A stretch of 36,426 nt of DNA from the UHGV virus genome UHGV-0192694. The stretch is one strand, 5' to 3'. Positions within the stretch are counted from its first letter, which is position 1, and each line of letters opens with the position of its first letter. Shown in pieces: positions 27,081-35,178 of the stretch. The translations under genes and the position numbers were made by a program. The notes beneath the pieces were generated by a model. It ran no database searches and was not told the DNA's origin. It worked only from the letters and a program-made list of their open reading frames with translations. This stretch comes from a virus.

Positions 27081-27488
27081 CTACACTTGTTCCTCCAAAC
27101 TTGTAATTTCTAGTTCTGTTCGTGGTCGCATACTGTACAACTTTTGACAAACCATTACAGCAATTTGACCATCGTTTTTATATAAAATACCTTCGGCAGC
27201 TTCAGTGACTGCTTTGAAATAATTATCCAAGTCAGGTTTCTTATCGCAATATTTCCGCTCTAATTTCACTTCTAAGCGTTTCTTTTTAGAACTTAATGAT
27301 ATTTTAGGGGTAGCGATGTAAAACGTAATATGCGCAAAAATAGCCCCTTTTTCAATCAATTCTGGTTTTGCCTTTTGTTTATAGGCACCCATAGCGCTAT
27401 CTTCATAGGTTTGGACATAATTCCCACGTCTTGCAAACCTCGGGCGACTTTGCAGTTTTCGTTCAATTGGCAGGATAATTCGCATCAT
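27081..27488 (-). CDS. rusA: RusA-family Holliday junction resolvase
   Basis: 135 aa; KKPDLDNYFKAVTEAAEG...NDGQI matches the RusA D-x-D-N / K...D catalytic core. Confidence 0.8.
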   Translation of the reverse strand: MMRIILPIERKLQSRPRFARRGNYVQTYEDSAMGAYKQKAKPELIEKGAIFAHITFYIATPKISLSSKKKRLEVKLERKYCDKKPDLDNYFKAVTEAAEGILYKNDGQIAVMVCQKLYSMRPRTELEITSLEEQV

Positions 27489-28342
27489 TTCCCCTCCAAG
27501 TATTCTTTTATTTGCCTATCAAGTTCAGCTTGCTTTTCTGGTGATAGTTTCTCCTCTTCTTTTTTTGGTTCATTTACCCAATCTGGCAACTTCTCTTGTC
27601 TAACTGGATTATTTGAATATCTTACTTGCGTTGCCGTTTCAGACAAGTCGTATTCATCGTTAAAACGTTCATCACGTATCCAGCGGAACAATTCTTGTGG
27701 ATGATACCAGTCGTTTAATTTGATATACTTAAGATAAGCTTTGTATCCTGTTTTAAACCGTTCGAAGTCTTCATCTGACTTAATTTTCTTTAAGAATTGC
27801 TCTTTGGCTTTTTTCTTATTGGTTTTCTTCGGATATGTTTTCCAAACCTTTTCAAATAATTCAGACATGGTTGAACTTTGTTCAACACTATATATATTCT
27901 TTGTATTATTCTTTGTATTATTAATTAATGTATTATTCTCTGTGAAGTTTTCTTCACTAGGGGTAGTGAAATTTTCTTCATCCCCCTCCTGATGATTTTT
28001 TCCATAGGTGATGAAATTTTCTTCACTAGGGGTGTAAAATTCTGTATCAGTTGGATACGGTAAGATATAGATATGTCTCCGATCTACCATTTTGCTGTTT
28101 GGCTTATAAAAAATTTGCATTTTTATATAGTTTCTTTCTTCTAACTGTTTCAGCCATGAAATAATTGTTCGCTTGCTAACGTTATACAGATTTGCAAAAT
28201 ATTGATTCGTTGCCCAACAATAGCCTTTTTCATTTGCTAATGCCGTTAGCTCTCCATACAATAATTTTGCATTCCCATTTAAGTGGTTATCATAGCGAAC
28301 AATCGCTGGGATAATGGCGTAATATCCTCTATGTTCATTCAC
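27485..28342 (-). CDS. phage replisome organiser / replication initiation protein (DnaD-like N-terminal wHTH)
   Basis: N-terminal YYAIIPAIVRYD...LNGNAKLLYGELTALANEKGYCWATNQYFANLYNVSKRTIISWLKQLEERNYI typical of phage_rep_org_N; internal peptide repeats TPSEENF and NNTKNNTK. Confidence 0.8.
   Translation of the reverse strand: MNEHRGYYAIIPAIVRYDNHLNGNAKLLYGELTALANEKGYCWATNQYFANLYNVSKRTIISWLKQLEERNYIKMQIFYKPNSKMVDRRHIYILPYPTDTEFYTPSEENFITYGKNHQEGDEENFTTPSEENFTENNTLINNTKNNTKNIYSVEQSSTMSELFEKVWKTYPKKTNKKKAKEQFLKKIKSDEDFERFKTGYKAYLKYIKLNDWYHPQELFRWIRDERFNDEYDLSETATQVRYSNNPVRQEKLPDWVNEPKKEEEKLSPEKQAELDRQIKEYLEGK
27895..28045. repeat. iteron-like direct repeats inside replisome-organiser gene (candidate ori)
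   Basis: 2.5 tandem copies of CTTTGTATTATT (27898-27936) plus two 25-bp direct repeats TTCTTCACTAGGGGT(A/G)(G)T(G)AAAATT at about 27950 and 28015. Confidence 0.55.
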
Positions 28343-28542
28343 TAGTTATCCTCCTCATCAACAACGACCGTATAAACATATTTATGCTTAATTTCTCCGT
28401 TAACGACTTTTTTTATTGTTTGTGCTTCAATAGCTATTCCTTTACCATTTCTTGAACCGATATAGACAAATGCTAATAGTTCAAAAAATAGTTTTTGACT
28501 CGATGTTAATTGCCTGTATTTTTCAAGTAATTCCTCTACCAA
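28342..28542 (-). CDS. hypothetical protein (66 aa)
   Basis: Stop/start overlap with flanking genes in replication module. Confidence 0.4.
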   Translation of the reverse strand: MVEELLEKYRQLTSSQKLFFELLAFVYIGSRNGKGIAIEAQTIKKVVNGEIKHKYVYTVVVDEEDN

Positions 28543-28546
28543 ACTG

Positions 28547-29188
28547 TTAACCTCCGATATTCAACTTCTTACGTTCTTCAACGTTTAGTTTTACTGGTTT
28601 AATTTGATACTTGTTTAAAAAGTTCTTAGTACCTATCTGATGTTCTTCTTGATGATGTTGACGACAACCAGCGTAAAAAGTAAATGTTTCGTGATTAATC
28701 TTTTGACGATTTCGCCCCATACCGACTACCTCGATATGACAAACATCGGCATGTTTCCCACAAATACAACACTTACGGTATTTAAGGCAGTAATAAAACC
28801 ATTTGTTATTTTCTAACAAGTATTGGTATCTCTTTTCTAGTGGTACATCATTTTTCAAAATGAATTCGATTAAAAAACTAATCCATTCTGTTGCTTCATG
28901 TCGTGTAGCCTTACTATGTTCAAAATACACGCCACTTTTAGCTTCGTAGTAATACTTTAAAACTTCCTCTATCCATTTGGGTTCGTCATAACTCCAACGA
29001 GCTATATCAGCTATTAAAACGTGAGAAAGTGCATTCTGTTTTTGAGACATTTGTCGATTATCTAATAGTTCAACTTTTACTAAATTGTCATCGTTGTTAG
29101 CTAGGAGTTTGAGGAAATTCGAGTTGATCTCATCCTCAAACTCAATCGCCAATTTATTTCCTTTGTGTTTTATGATTTTTCCAATCAT
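28547..29188 (-). CDS. hypothetical protein with C-terminal Cys/His-rich putative zinc-binding (HNH-like) motif
   Basis: CCICGKHADVCH...YAGCRQHHQEEH pattern; between Erf and replisome organiser. Confidence 0.45.
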   Translation of the reverse strand: MIGKIIKHKGNKLAIEFEDEINSNFLKLLANNDDNLVKVELLDNRQMSQKQNALSHVLIADIARWSYDEPKWIEEVLKYYYEAKSGVYFEHSKATRHEATEWISFLIEFILKNDVPLEKRYQYLLENNKWFYYCLKYRKCCICGKHADVCHIEVVGMGRNRQKINHETFTFYAGCRQHHQEEHQIGTKNFLNKYQIKPVKLNVEERKKLNIGG

Positions 29189-29192
29189 TCAA

Positions 29193-29927
29193 TCACTTCT
29201 TATCTTCTTGAACCTTCTGCCTAGATTCATAAAAATTTATCCACTTCGCAAGCAATTTAGAAATAACACCATAATCATAAGCACTATATTCTTCAAATGC
29301 TTTTTTAGGATTCAAATCAGAATCATTTATAGCTAACGATTTCACAGCTTCAAATTCTTGCCCTGCCAGCTCGGCTACTCTACTAATTGATGCGTTCAAC
29401 ATATCAATTTGCCGTTCAGTAATTGCAGTATTTTTTAACTGTTCTTTTTGGTATTTATCAGGATCGTCATCATCTGTTGCGATATTAAAAAATTTCAATA
29501 AAAAATATTTTTCCGCATACGTTAGTGCTTTTCCTACACCCTTTTCTCCTTCAATATCTACTCCTTGGCTATACCATGAACAAGCAACAATCTCAGAAGG
29601 ATTATGAATATTAATCCATGTCATCATTAACTCTAGCTCTGTAAAATACGTTGTACGTTTTTTGGCTACAGGCTCTTTCTTTACTTTATCCGCTTTCCAT
29701 ACCTCATCTTGTGATTCCCGAACTTGATGAGCAACAATTTCTGGCTTCAAAATTAATCCAACTTGATTTATGACTGTATTTAATGCGGATAGTACATCGC
29801 TTGACCCCACATAGCTGTATTGCTGGCCACGTTTACTTTTTTGAATATATGGTGCTTTTTGTCTCACATACGCTAATTTTTGATAAACATTCAACTTAGA
29901 AAGATCTGTTTTGGTTGCTTCAGCCAT
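29193..29927 (-). CDS. ERF-family single-strand annealing protein
   Basis: N-terminal LNVYQKLAYVRQKAPYIQKSKRGQQYSYVGSSDVLSALNTVINQVGL matches ERF pattern (L..L.APKN..N.FGKYKYRS.EDIL..V). Confidence 0.6.
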   Translation of the reverse strand: MAEATKTDLSKLNVYQKLAYVRQKAPYIQKSKRGQQYSYVGSSDVLSALNTVINQVGLILKPEIVAHQVRESQDEVWKADKVKKEPVAKKRTTYFTELELMMTWINIHNPSEIVACSWYSQGVDIEGEKGVGKALTYAEKYFLLKFFNIATDDDDPDKYQKEQLKNTAITERQIDMLNASISRVAELAGQEFEAVKSLAINDSDLNPKKAFEEYSAYDYGVISKLLAKWINFYESRQKVQEDKK

Positions 29928-30237
29928 TCAATAAGCCCTCCTTATATCTTTTTCCTGAACTCACATATTCAATTAAATACACGTTTTCTTCGCCTAATTC
30001 TTCTATCAAATCAACGATTGTATCTTGTGTAGCAATTTTTTTACAGGTGAGTACTGGTTGTCCTGTATAAAGACATTTCATTGCAAAAGTTAGCTCAAAC
30101 ACACCGTCTTCATCAGCAATTTCATTTCCAAAACAATCAGTAGTGTCCACTGGATCATCTTCATAGGTTTCCTTATATAGTTTTTCAGTCGGCTCTGTTA
30201 AATATCTATCTAGTACATTTGCTTCTCTACGATTCAT
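29920..30237 (-). CDS. hypothetical early protein (105 aa, acidic)
   Basis: RBS AAAGAGG; overlaps erf start. Confidence 0.4.
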   Translation of the reverse strand: MNRREANVLDRYLTEPTEKLYKETYEDDPVDTTDCFGNEIADEDGVFELTFAMKCLYTGQPVLTCKKIATQDTIVDLIEELGEENVYLIEYVSSGKRYKEGLLNG

Positions 30238-30286
30238 TCACAAAACCTCTTTTCTGTGTTAAAATTTTTCTAGTATAATTTTGTAT

Positions 30287-30321
30287 GCGACTATTTGTTT
30301 GGCGGCTTAAGTCGCTTTTTT
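30287..30321 (+). terminator. hairpin + T6 (plus-strand terminator-like)
   Basis: GCGACT/AGTCGC stem with 17-nt loop then TTTTTT. Confidence 0.35.
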
Positions 30322-30325
30322 GTCG

Positions 30326-30411
30326 TCATGCGACACCTCTGCGCTCTTTTTGTTGCTGGTACCATAAATCAGCAATTTTTGGGGCTTGCTTTAGTTTTTC
30401 TTTTCTTGTCA
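30326..30411 (-). CDS. small ORF (28 aa) MTRKEKLKQAPKIADLWYQQQKERRGVA; paralog of 31240-31299
   Basis: RBS AAAGTAGGTAG; first 29 nt 25/29 identical to the second small ORF. Confidence 0.35.
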
Positions 30412-30453
30412 TTTAATTCTACCTACTTTCTTTGCCATACTTTAACTTGAAAG

Positions 30454-31011
30454 GTGATGAATAATTTGAAAAAATATTTTGATGTTTTTGTAAAATGTGT
30501 AACTACTATCGGAGCTTTATTTGCTATTTGGAATGTGATGCAAAACAACAATCAAATAAAAAAAGTTAATTATGAAAATGAGCAAAATATAAAGTTAGAA
30601 CAATCAAAAAATATTTCTGTTTGGAACAATGAACAATCAAATAAAAATAGCCCCATATCGCTCGAAAAAATTCCAAATGTGATAGCTAATAATTCGAATC
30701 AAGCACCAGTATATAAAGTATTTGTTATTTCTATTCCTAATAAAATAGACAATGATTCATTATCTAAAAAAGTATCTTTCGCTTCAGAATTTAACAGCTA
30801 TAAATATTTAGAAACTCTGCCACCAGGAAAAGTCGAATTAAGTCTTCCTGTTTTACCAAATGCTATGGGGGGCATTCATGGTGTACCTATAATATTTTTT
30901 ACGGATTTTAGAAATGTTGAATGGTATAGGGATCAACAAGGGCGCCTCATGGAGTATCCCAAATACGAAACTTTTTTAAATAAAAATGGAATTAATCCAC
31001 CATATCGTTAA
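30454..31011 (+). CDS. N-terminally membrane-anchored moron protein (185 aa), opposite strand to early genes
   Basis: Single N-terminal TM (FVKCVTTIGALFAIWNVM), N/S/K-rich extracytoplasmic part; RBS AAAGGTG; convergent with flanking minus-strand genes. Confidence 0.55.
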   Translation: MMNNLKKYFDVFVKCVTTIGALFAIWNVMQNNNQIKKVNYENEQNIKLEQSKNISVWNNEQSNKNSPISLEKIPNVIANNSNQAPVYKVFVISIPNKIDNDSLSKKVSFASEFNSYKYLETLPPGKVELSLPVLPNAMGGIHGVPIIFFTDFRNVEWYRDQQGRLMEYPKYETFLNKNGINPPYR

Positions 31012-31198
31012 GAATTGTCAATATCGCTAAAACAATTAATACAATAGATGCAACCGAAATTAATAAGCCGACAGAGTCATATAAGAAATTTGTAGGACTT
31101 TTCTTTATAATATTTATCCATGACACTAGCGAATCCCCTATAAAAAATGCCATGATTAACAACATTGATATTAAAAACGTTCCGATAAATTTTTTCAT
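30992..31198 (-). CDS. small 2-TM membrane protein (68 aa)
   Basis: RBS AAAGGTAGG; two hydrophobic helices. Confidence 0.45.
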   Translation of the reverse strand: MKKFIGTFLISMLLIMAFFIGDSLVSWINIIKKSPTNFLYDSVGLLISVASIVLIVLAILTILNDMVD

Positions 31199-31239
31199 AC
31201 AGAAGTACCTACCTTTAATAAATTTGAAATACTCCTCTC

Positions 31240-31299
31240 TTATAAACAGCTTGGAGTATTTACTTTTTTTGCTTGGTTTAACTTTTCTTTTCTAGTCAT
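31240..31299 (-). CDS. small ORF (19 aa) MTRKEKLNQAKKVNTPSCL; start overlaps upstream gene stop (ATGA)
   Basis: RBS AGGTGAG; translational coupling geometry. Confidence 0.35.
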   Translation of the reverse strand: MTRKEKLNQAKKVNTPSCL

Positions 31300-31632
31300 T
31301 TCAACTCACCTCGAAAAATCTTCGATAATATATACATCAAATCGTTTGGATCATCTGTGACAAAAGTATGTGTATTTTTAGTCGTAGTTTCTGTTGCAAT
31401 ACCGTACATCTCCTTTAATAAACGATGTCTTGGACAATCACAATCTGATTGTTCCAGTTTTTTTTGTTAGTGTATATTGGCTATGTGCAGCAATGGCTAC
31501 TATCGTGCCTTTTCCAACTTGAGATATTGCCATCTCTCCTTCTAAATCGATAGCTGCCAAAGATAAACCTACATCTTCTTTCTGGCATTCTTTTGCTAGT
31601 TTTTTAATTAATTTTTGAATTTTATCGTTCAT
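31296..31632 (-). pseudogene. gene split by a frameshift in an A8 homopolymer (64-aa ORF + 59-codon continuation)
   Basis: At 31449-31465 (T8 on plus strand) the 31438-31632 ORF ends shortly after; removing one A continues translation in an open frame to a TGA at 31296. Confidence 0.4.
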
Positions 31633-31668
31633 TTTGATATACTCTCCTTAGTTCATTTTGTATGTGTC

Positions 31669-31878
31669 CTAATCGTTGGCAGACGATTGGGGCTTTTTAT
31701 TTTGTCTTTTTTGAAAATGCTGATACTCCGCTTCATCCCAGTTGAAAAACCAACGGATAAAAAGAGGTACACTTATTGTTGCCAACACTGGAACTGAAAA
31801 GTGGCTTTTCAATAACACACCTAGCGCAATCATCAATAATAATGCGCCTATCAATCGTGCTTCACGTATTGCTTTCAT
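31669..31878 (-). CDS. small membrane protein (69 aa)
   Basis: Two hydrophobic segments; divergent from DUF1508 gene. Confidence 0.4.
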   Translation of the reverse strand: MKAIREARLIGALLLMIALGVLLKSHFSVPVLATISVPLFIRWFFNWDEAEYQHFQKRQNKKPQSSAND

Positions 31879-31900
31879 ATTTACCCTCCTATAATTTTTT

Positions 31901-31909
31901 TGATATAAT
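31901..31909 (+). promoter_or_regulatory. extended -10 promoter TGATATAAT of DUF1508 moron
   Basis: Perfect TGnTATAAT 24 nt upstream of ATG with RBS GAAAGCGGGG. Confidence 0.5.
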
Positions 31910-31932
31910 TCAGTTGAAAGCGGGGTGTCAAA

Positions 31933-32121
31933 ATGTTTTTTGTAATAAAGAAAGCTTCTAATAAAAAATACTATTTTGTAATTAAAACCGAAGAAAATGA
32001 AGTAATCGCATCAAGCAAGACTTATTACTATAAATCTTCTGTTTTAGAAATTATTGAATCCATCAAAAGTGATATGGATCAAAAAGCTATTATTGTTGAC
32101 ACTACTTTTAACTGGGGATAA
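31933..32121 (+). CDS. DUF1508 (YegP-like) domain protein
   Basis: KKYYFVIKTEENEVIASSKTYYYKSSVLEIIESIK fits the YegP/DUF1508 repeat signature (F.LKA.NGEvIa.SE.Y). Confidence 0.65.
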   Translation: MFFVIKKASNKKYYFVIKTEENEVIASSKTYYYKSSVLEIIESIKSDMDQKAIIVDTTFNWG

Positions 32122-32140
32122 GTTAAGGCTTATCCTTTTA
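32116..32140 (+). terminator. Rho-independent terminator overlapping DUF1508 stop codon
   Basis: GGATAAG/CTTATCC stem + TTTT. Confidence 0.55.
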
Positions 32141-32146
32141 TCATTA

Positions 32147-32920
32147 CTATCCTATTTCTTTAAACATATCTCCATTACCATTAGCCATATCAATTCTTGC
32201 TTGTAATTCTAAGTTAGGCTTCCATCTAGGAATTAGAGCTACAGCCTCTTTATATCGAACTTTTGGAATGTCTACATAAGATGCTACATCGAATAATGCT
32301 TTCAATTGTTTATAACAATTACTAAAGGCTGATTGCTTAATACTTGAATCCTGATAAGCCAATGTTTTTTTGCCACCTAATACTTTGATAACAGTTGATG
32401 AAACTAGCCCTTGTATCTTTCGTTGTTGGCTTCTATTAATTGTAGTTTCTGTTTCTAGCTTATCTAAACGTTGATTTACAAGAGTCAATCCACGTTCATG
32501 TTTTAACGCAGCTTCTAATAACAATTCTGTGTTATTAATCGGTAAGTTTGATTGAGTTTTAAGCAATTCCTCCATTTGGTTAAAAGCTTCAATGTATTTC
32601 AGTTTGAATGAATCTGCTTTTTTTCCAGTGAATCCAAATGCAATGAAAGAAAAGCCATCTCGATTCATGTAGTACAATCTTTGTTTTCTACCTCTTGAAT
32701 CTTTGTATTCTCCTTCAGCAAACATGTTTTGGTAATAAGCCGAATTTTCGGCCGATTGAATTTTAGCCTCTATTGCTTCAATAACATGCTTATGTTGTTT
32801 TTCAAATACTTCAGCAACTTGTAAACTAGTTGTTACTGCTTGTTGGTTTTTCATAATTACTAAGTTGTCCATTTTTTCCTCCTTAAATTGTTTCTGTATC
32901 GCTCTTTCCTTTAATCCCAA
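32147..32920 (-). CDS. Rha-family phage regulatory protein / antirepressor
   Basis: VTTSLQVAEVFEKQHKHVIEAIE is the Phage_pRha N-terminal signature; C-terminal coiled-coil domain. Confidence 0.7.
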   Translation of the reverse strand: MGLKERAIQKQFKEEKMDNLVIMKNQQAVTTSLQVAEVFEKQHKHVIEAIEAKIQSAENSAYYQNMFAEGEYKDSRGRKQRLYYMNRDGFSFIAFGFTGKKADSFKLKYIEAFNQMEELLKTQSNLPINNTELLLEAALKHERGLTLVNQRLDKLETETTINRSQQRKIQGLVSSTVIKVLGGKKTLAYQDSSIKQSAFSNCYKQLKALFDVASYVDIPKVRYKEAVALIPRWKPNLELQARIDMANGNGDMFKEIG

Positions 32921-33231
32921 TGATTCATGATGTCATTACAAATTTTTATAGCTTCTTTAGCAGGCCAATATCTTTTTCCCTTGCTAGTACCAGGCTTTCT
33001 TTTCTCGATCATTTGCATACGTTTATCTTTTACAAAATTTTGTTCAACTTCGGGAACAGACATTGAATACCTTGACGATAATTGTTTGATGTCTAAATAC
33101 TCGGCACGTTCATTTAATCCTTGGCTAGCTTCATCTATTACTTGCTCAAACATTTTTCTTAGAATCTTTTCTATAATGTTGTATAGAAAGTTTTTTGAAG
33201 ATGAATCTAGAAAATTTTCCATTCTAATCAC
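32911..33231 (-). CDS. hypothetical early protein (possible HTH/DUF771-like)
   Basis: 106 aa between cro and antirepressor; YLDIKQLSSRYSMSVPEV looks like an HTH. Confidence 0.35.
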   Translation of the reverse strand: MIRMENFLDSSSKNFLYNIIEKILRKMFEQVIDEASQGLNERAEYLDIKQLSSRYSMSVPEVEQNFVKDKRMQMIEKRKPGTSKGKRYWPAKEAIKICNDIMNHWD

Positions 33232-33232
33232 C

Positions 33233-33409
33233 TCACTTGATATTTAAGATTTTTTTGATTTTCTGAACTTGCTCTTCTGAACGTCTGCGGCCATGAAGTA
33301 TATCTGATAAGTACGGACTTGAAATCCCTAGTTGTTTTGCTAACCAAGATTGGTTTTTCCCTGCACGAATTAGAGCTGCTCTAACATCAATCGCTAAGTC
33401 TTGTGACAT
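33233..33409 (-). CDS. cro: Cro-like XRE-family HTH repressor (58 aa; below ORF-track cutoff)
   Basis: MSQDLAIDVRAALIRAGKNQSWLAKQLGISSPYLSDILHGRRR; divergent from cI across operator-containing intergenic region. Confidence 0.7.
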   Translation of the reverse strand: MSQDLAIDVRAALIRAGKNQSWLAKQLGISSPYLSDILHGRRRSEEQVQKIKKILNIK

Positions 33410-33444
33410 ATTTATTACTCACTCCCTTTTATTTTTAAATTGTA

Positions 33445-33460
33445 AGCTAAAAAATTAGCT
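33445..33460. promoter_or_regulatory. operator palindrome AGCTAA-aaaa-TTAGCT
   Basis: Perfect inverted repeat overlapping putative cro promoter (TTATTA...TACAAT on minus strand). Confidence 0.5.
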
Positions 33461-33476
33461 AATTTAATAAAATCCG

Positions 33477-33505
33477 TTGACACTTTCTAACACATATTGT
33501 AAAAT
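33477..33505 (+). promoter_or_regulatory. plus-strand promoter TTGACA-17-TAAAAT
   Basis: Consensus -35, 17-nt spacer, near-consensus -10; faces cI. Confidence 0.45.
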
Positions 33506-33609
33506 GAACCCATAGCTAAATAAGACTTTAAAAGCCTTCTAAATCAATACTTTTACCGTTCCCCAACGATTTTTAAGTTTTGTTTGTAGGTTTTATTTGA
33601 GAACTTATT

Positions 33610-33625
33610 AGCTAATAAATTAGCT
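33610..33625. promoter_or_regulatory. operator palindrome AGCTAAT-aa-ATTAGCT
   Basis: Second copy of the same half-site; a third half-site TAGCTAAAT at about 33512. Confidence 0.5.
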
Positions 33626-33720
33626 TACGTGATTATATTACTAACAAATATTGTAAATGTCAAATGTTTTTACTAACTTTTTTTGTAAATAACACGTAAC
33701 TAGAAGGAGAATGCATTCAT

Positions 33721-34053
33721 ATGAACCTCTTGGAACGTATAAAAAAACTAGCAAAAGATAGAGATGTGTCTATTTATCAGCTTGAAGAAGAAATAAATAT
33801 TGGACGAAATACTATTTATCAATGGAATAAGCGAACACCTTCTTCGGATAAACTTGAAGCTGTAGCCAATTATTTTAATGTTTCTGTTGATTATTTATTA
33901 GGTCGTACTGAAAATCCAAACCAAGCTGGTGCTAAACCATCTGATGATTTAGATGAAGTATTAGACAATGTGATGAGTTTCGATGGTGAGCCTTTGGATG
34001 ATCATGATCGGGAAGTTATTCGTGCTTATTTGAAAGGGAGATTCGGAAAATAA
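33721..34053 (+). CDS. cI: CI-like repressor (XRE HTH)
   Basis: N-terminal HTH (KDRDVSIYQLEEEINIGRNTIYQWNKR); acidic C-terminal half; RBS GAAGGAG. Confidence 0.8.
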   Translation: MNLLERIKKLAKDRDVSIYQLEEEINIGRNTIYQWNKRTPSSDKLEAVANYFNVSVDYLLGRTENPNQAGAKPSDDLDEVLDNVMSFDGEPLDDHDREVIRAYLKGRFGK

Positions 34054-34060
34054 TTTAAAG

Positions 34061-34414
34061 GTGTGCTATATGAAAAGTATCAAAGAGTTGGTGGAAGAAT
34101 ATGAAGTAGAGTTAGTTTTCGCTCCAATAAATAAGCGCGCATGTTACGAGCCAGTCAAAAGAATAATTTTCGTAAATCAAAATTTATCTATCGAAGAACA
34201 AGAAGAGTCTATATTCCATGAGTTCAAACATGTTGTCTCCCATTCGGATTATATTGAGTTATATAAAATTCCTTCTTTTAGAAATAAGATGGAAGCTGAG
34301 GCAGATTATCATATGTTTAAATGTCTTATTGAAAAACATGACGGGCAATTTAATTATTCTAATGTGATTACTCATTACAATTTAAAGATGGGACAGGAAA
34401 CTTATTTAAATTAA
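34061..34414 (+). CDS. ImmA/IrrE-family metalloprotease (HEXXH)
   Basis: HEFKH zinc-binding motif; immediately downstream of cI as in ImmR/ImmA pairs. Confidence 0.7.
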   Translation: MCYMKSIKELVEEYEVELVFAPINKRACYEPVKRIIFVNQNLSIEEQEESIFHEFKHVVSHSDYIELYKIPSFRNKMEAEADYHMFKCLIEKHDGQFNYSNVITHYNLKMGQETYLN

Positions 34415-34449
34415 AAAAAGCTTGGTATTTAGAGAGTGAGAGAATTTCA

Positions 34450-35178
34450 TTGAAGATAAATCAAAAAATCTATAATTACTCTGTTGTTGTCTTAGCATTA
34501 ATTTCAATTGCTTTAGTTATTTTTGATTTTTCAAATGTTATTAATATTAGTGATCCACCATTTAACATTATTGATAATTTTATCTTAATCACATTTACAA
34601 TTGACTACATTGTTAGATTCATTATTTCAAAAAATAAAATCAAATTTTTTAAAGAAAATATTTTTGATCTGATTGCAATAATTCCTTTTGATGCTATTTT
34701 TTCTTTCTTTAGAATCGCTAGGTTATTTCGAATAGCTAAAATAGCTAGACTTGCAAAGCTAACAAGAGCGATAGGTGTGGTTGGCAAATTAACAAGAAAC
34801 ACTAAATCATTTTTAAATACGAATGGATTTTTAAACGTGATTTATTTAAGCTCAGTTCTTATTGTTATTTCAGCAATGATTTACTCATATGCAGAAAATG
34901 TCCCGTATATTGATGCATTTTGGTGGGCTTTAGTGACAACAACTACTGTTGGTTATGGCGATATTTCACCAGCTACGCCATTAGGTAGAGTTGCAGCAAT
35001 CATTTTAATGATTTTAGGAATTGGATTTATTGGTATGCTTACTTCAACTATTACAGAATATTTTAATAAAAGTAATAATGAAGATGAAGAATCAAATGAT
35101 AAAATTGAAATACTAATTAATAAAATTGATCAATTAGAAACTACGATTGAACAACTAAAAGAGGAAATAAAAAAATAA
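34450..35178 (+). CDS. 6-TM voltage-gated-type K+ channel
   Basis: S4 with Arg/Lys every third residue (RIARLFRIAKIARLAKLTR), pore helix + selectivity filter TTTTVGYGD, S6, C-terminal coiled coil; TTG start with RBS. Confidence 0.8.
   Translation: MKINQKIYNYSVVVLALISIALVIFDFSNVINISDPPFNIIDNFILITFTIDYIVRFIISKNKIKFFKENIFDLIAIIPFDAIFSFFRIARLFRIAKIARLAKLTRAIGVVGKLTRNTKSFLNTNGFLNVIYLSSVLIVISAMIYSYAENVPYIDAFWWALVTTTTVGYGDISPATPLGRVAAIILMILGIGFIGMLTSTITEYFNKSNNEDEESNDKIEILINKIDQLETTIEQLKEEIKK

Noticed and set aside
26932-27150. 72-aa minus-strand ORF overlapping the 3' end of rusA by 70 nt
   Set aside because: Extensive out-of-frame overlap with a well-supported gene, highly basic low-complexity product, no convincing RBS. 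Likely spurious.
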